In this document: positions 60,910-64,000 of the stretch, in pieces
How the letters are laid out: each line of letters starts with the position of its first letter
How positions within the stretch are numbered: the first letter of the stretch is position 1
Assembly: GCA_963777505.1 (NCBI GenBank)
Contig: CAVZQN010000001.1
Location: 96,001 to 160,000, forward strand
Source: an uncultured bacterium
GTDB lineage: Bacteria > Acidobacteriota > HRBIN11 > JAKEFK01
Direction of reading: 5' to 3'
Length of the DNA stretch: 64,000 nt
Notes under the pieces: model-generated
The model's input: only the letters and a program-made list of their open reading frames with translations
The model's database searches: none
Told to the model about the DNA's origin: nothing
Program-made: the position numbers and the translations under genes

Positions 60910-61778
60910 AATTTTTAGCGGCCGCAATATTACTCATTTCAGTCATAGTTTTTGCTGGCGAAGAAACTGAAAATACTGAGCCAAAAGCAGAACCTTCAGA
61001 AACTACATCCAATTCAACTCCTTCGGAAATTGATATTCACATTGGATCAGAAGATCTGCTAGAAATCACAGTTTTTGAACTTCCGCAGTTCAATGTCACA
61101 TCACGCGTATCGGGTGACGGTACAGTAACGATGCCATTGGTTGGAAGTGTTGAAGTTGGAGGGCTAACAAAAAAGGAAGCGGAGAAAAAAGTTGCAGCTG
61201 CTTTAGAAACGAAATATGTAAACAACGCAAGCGTATCGATCAATATTAAAGAATATAAGAGCAAACAGGTTTCAATTCTGGGTGCAGTCAAGAATCCGGG
61301 AGCTTATTACATCCTGAGTAATAGAACACTGTTACAGTTGCTTTCCGATGCCGGCGGATTAGCTCCACAGGCCGGCAAAATCTGTTTTGTTTTCCGCTCT
61401 GGAGCTCCAAAAATTGAAATTGATCTTGATAAATTGATGAACAGCGGTAACGAGGAGTTCAATATTCAAGTAAGGCCTGGAGATGTTATTAATGTCCCGC
61501 TAGAAACTAAAGTCATCGTATATGTTTTGGGAGCAGTCCGTTCACCTGGTGCAATCGAAATGACAACAACGTTACCGGTAACTCTTCTCGCAGCAATTGC
61601 AAGAGCGGGTGGCCTCACAGACGAGGCAAGCAAATCCAATATCCAGATACGGCGCAAGGATGATCAGGGAGCAAACTCAGTGATTAAAGTGAATTTGAAA
61701 GACATTTTGAAAGGCAAAACCGCTGACATTCCACTTTATCCTGGAGATACGATTAACATTTCTGAAAGTTTCTTCTAA
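60906..61778 (+). CDS. polysaccharide biosynthesis/export protein (Wza/Poly_export + SLBB)
   Basis: IGSEDLLEITVF, DGTVTMPLVG, LGAVKNPG, AGGL, PGD repeats. Confidence 0.9.
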   Translation: MKFLAAAILLISVIVFAGEETENTEPKAEPSETTSNSTPSEIDIHIGSEDLLEITVFELPQFNVTSRVSGDGTVTMPLVGSVEVGGLTKKEAEKKVAAALETKYVNNASVSINIKEYKSKQVSILGAVKNPGAYYILSNRTLLQLLSDAGGLAPQAGKICFVFRSGAPKIEIDLDKLMNSGNEEFNIQVRPGDVINVPLETKVIVYVLGAVRSPGAIEMTTTLPVTLLAAIARAGGLTDEASKSNIQIRRKDDQGANSVIKVNLKDILKGKTADIPLYPGDTINISESFF

Positions 61779-61797
61779 CTTTTTACGTAATAACGGA

Positions 61798-62421
61798 ATG
61801 CTTAAGCGATATTTCGATGTATTCCTTTCAGGAACAGGAATTCTACTTTCTTCACCTCTTTGGATTCTGATTGCAATCTTTATCTATTTAGAAGACCGTG
61901 GAAAAGTATTTTTTACTCAAAATCGCGTGGGACTGGGTGGTGTTCTTTTTACTGCATATAAATTCCGTTCGATGAAAACTGGTACAAATCAGGTTTCTTC
62001 TGAACTACAAGCCAGTGAAAATGATCCTCGCGTAACGCGAGTTGGCAAAATTCTAAGAGCCACAGCAATGGATGAACTGCCACAACTGATTAACATCCTG
62101 AAAGGAGATATGAGTTTTGTTGGACCGCGAGCTATTCTGCCCACGGAAATTGAGATTCATCAAAAAGGAAAAGACGAAAGAAATTTGGAGGAACTTTTCC
62201 AGAAGCGTTGCAGCGTAACACCAGGCCTTACAGGAGTTGCTCAGATTTTCTTACCTCGCGATGTTTCAAGAGAGAAAAAATTTCGTTATGATCTTGTCTA
62301 CATTCAAAAACAAAGTTTTTTGTTTGATCTAAAATTGATTTTCCTATCTTTTTGGATAACACTGAGAGGCAAATGGGAAAGTAGAGAAAACAAATTGGGA
62401 CAAGCTGATAGAAGTTTCTAG
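61798..62421 (+). CDS. priming sugar transferase (Bac_transf / monotopic phosphoglycosyl transferase)
   Basis: KRYFD, YKFRSM, DPRVT, DELPQL.N...[16 protein letters not shown]. Confidence 0.93.
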   Translation: MLKRYFDVFLSGTGILLSSPLWILIAIFIYLEDRGKVFFTQNRVGLGGVLFTAYKFRSMKTGTNQVSSELQASENDPRVTRVGKILRATAMDELPQLINILKGDMSFVGPRAILPTEIEIHQKGKDERNLEELFQKRCSVTPGLTGVAQIFLPRDVSREKKFRYDLVYIQKQSFLFDLKLIFLSFWITLRGKWESRENKLGQADRSF

Positions 62422-62462
62422 ATTCAAACTCCGTGTACTTCGTGACTCCGTGGTGAATTTAT

Positions 62463-63626
62463 ATGTATGATGTTGCCGTTATAGGCGCAGGGCCGTCTGG
62501 TTCGATGTTATCCCGTCTGCTGGCAGAGAAAGGACATTCGGTCGCGCTGTTAGAAGAACATGAACAACCCGGCCATCCGGTGAATTGTAGCGGCATCATT
62601 GGGCTGGAAGCATTCCAGCGTTATGACTTACCTCTAACGCCTATTATCCGGGAGATTGATTCATTTCAATTTCATTCACCGGGTGGAGCTATGCTTCAGT
62701 ACAGCCATCCGCAACCTCTTGCTTTAGCAGTGAATCGCGCAAAGTTTGATGAGGGAATGGCGGCACAAGCGGTTACTGCCGGTGCTCAGTTAATGACTTC
62801 ATCACGCGTAAATGAAATTCGGATTGAAAATGATGGAGTTTATCTCAACATCAATCGAAGTGACGTCAGTCTTAAAAGCAAACTACTGGTCATCGCCACA
62901 GGTGCAGGCTCCAAACTTATCAAACAAGTCGGGCTTGGTTCATCTCAGCAATACGTCTTCGGCGCTCAAACCGAATGTGAGACGATTGATCTGAAAGACG
63001 TAGAGATTCATCTCGGCAAGGATGTTACACCTTTTAACTTCGCCTGGATCATTCCGCTTCAAAAGGGCCGTGCAAAGGTTGGAATGATCTGTGAAAAGAA
63101 TGCGACTGAGTCGTTGAGACGATTTATAGAAAGCCTGGCACTCGCCGGAAAAGTTGTTCCACAAAGCACACCCATTCAGAACAGCTTGCTCCCATTAAAT
63201 ACAATCCGGCGTAGCTACACGGATCGCACTATTGTTATTGGTGAAGCGGCTGGCCAACTCAAGACAATCACTTGCGGCGGAATCTACTACGGATTACTTG
63301 CGGCAGAAATAGGTGCAAATGTTCTTGCTGAAGCCTTGGAGCAAAATCATTTCAGCGCTAAAGCTTTGTCGCTTTATGAGCAGCAATGGAAAAAGTTACT
63401 CGGCAAGGAATTAGAAATCGGCTTACGTCTTCGATCTGCGTTCAGACATTTTTCGGATTCCAAGATCGATTCACTTTTTGAAATCGCCAGCAAAGATGGC
63501 CTGATGAAACTCATTCGTGAAAAAGCAGATTTTGACTGGCATTATGATCTTATATCTTCCATCTTTCGCCATTCCCTGACTCGCGCAATTTTCGAGCCCA
63601 TTACTTACAGTCGATTGTTGTTTTAA
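62463..63626 (+). CDS. geranylgeranyl reductase-family FAD oxidoreductase
   Basis: GAGPSG, CSG, R..FD, FAWIIP, GEAAG...CGGIY. Confidence 0.88.
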   Translation: MYDVAVIGAGPSGSMLSRLLAEKGHSVALLEEHEQPGHPVNCSGIIGLEAFQRYDLPLTPIIREIDSFQFHSPGGAMLQYSHPQPLALAVNRAKFDEGMAAQAVTAGAQLMTSSRVNEIRIENDGVYLNINRSDVSLKSKLLVIATGAGSKLIKQVGLGSSQQYVFGAQTECETIDLKDVEIHLGKDVTPFNFAWIIPLQKGRAKVGMICEKNATESLRRFIESLALAGKVVPQSTPIQNSLLPLNTIRRSYTDRTIVIGEAAGQLKTITCGGIYYGLLAAEIGANVLAEALEQNHFSAKALSLYEQQWKKLLGKELEIGLRLRSAFRHFSDSKIDSLFEIASKDGLMKLIREKADFDWHYDLISSIFRHSLTRAIFEPITYSRLLF

Positions 63627-63635
63627 TAAGAGTTT

Positions 63636-63731
63636 GTAGTAAGGCACGCAGGCTCATTCGCGAAGCGGATGAGGCAGTGCCGTATGATCTATGAACGGCA
63701 CGGCCTCGCATTCGCTCGAGTGCCTTACTAC
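63636..63731. repeat. GTAG-bounded REP/BIME-like palindrome
   Basis: gtagtaaggcac ... gtgccttactac perfect 12-bp IR with internal gtgccgt/acggcac. Confidence 0.75.
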
Positions 63732-63743
63732 TAACCTGATAAA

Positions 63744-64000
63744 ATGACAAGTGTGAACTCGTTACTAAAGTCCGCTCTTCTAGGTGAATCTGTTTCCTGG
63801 AACGATTCTTCCAACACCAATGACCATCAGCGCTTTCTAGACTTCACACTGCAGAACGGGATCCAGCCGCTGCTTTATTATTTTTTGCGCCAATCAGGAT
63901 CTCTGGAAAAATGGCCTTCAACGATACGCACTTCTATCGAAAATGAGGCAAAAAGACAGATCGCAATTGACGTCCTGAGGCAGGCCAATCTCCAGGAGGT
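63744..64000 (+). CDS. nucleotidyltransferase-family protein (NTP_transf_5-like), N-terminal part
   Basis: Manual translation MTSVNSLLKSALLGE...NGIQPLLYYFL...WPSTIR...QANLQE resembles the helical N-terminus of this family; catalytic part lies outside the window. Confidence 0.6.
   Translation, partial: MTSVNSLLKSALLGESVSWNDSSNTNDHQRFLDFTLQNGIQPLLYYFLRQSGSLEKWPSTIRTSIENEAKRQIAIDVLRQANLQE

Noticed and set aside
564-63164. Numerous short antisense or overlapping ORFs in the six-frame track
   Set aside because: They are shadows of well-supported genes or of repeats and have no independent motifs.

Overview
Bacterial chromosomal window. The gene style (Ser/Thr kinase-TPR, sulfatase-TPR, TonB receptor with an N-terminal carboxypeptidase-regulatory-like domain, nuoLM-atp arrangement) suggests Acidobacteriota; this is inference only. 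The left part is housekeeping: two acyl-CoA dehydrogenases, HIT, IHF/HU, rpsA, PilZ, PadR, and a nuoL-nuoM-atpZ-atpI-atpB-atpE operon whose NuoL carries a 26-aa lateral-helix duplication. The middle part encodes secreted and accessory proteins. Two unrelated secreted proteins there share a ~170-aa CxxC-containing C-terminal domain, and a 1280-aa signal-less protein follows a sigma54 promoter. The right part (43-64 kb) is a Wzy-type polysaccharide locus (O-antigen-ligase-like, TPR, Wzc, Wza-like, priming sugar transferase). Embedded in it are a 3.9-kb tandem duplication of C25 (gingipain/PorU-like) peptidase genes and a RiPP-like cassette: PqqD/RRE, radical SAM-SPASM, a 56-aa precursor with a lasso-like YxxP leader, 3 Cys and a C-terminal Ser, a methyltransferase, an HPr-kinase-like kinase, an S26 peptidase and a nucleotidyltransferase. 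This cassette is the best candidate for an undescribed system. Many genes are broken by small indels, probably long-read errors. Nested REP/MITE-like palindromes are frequent, and one cluster sits in frame inside a signal peptide. No rRNA, tRNA, CRISPR array or transposase was recognised.
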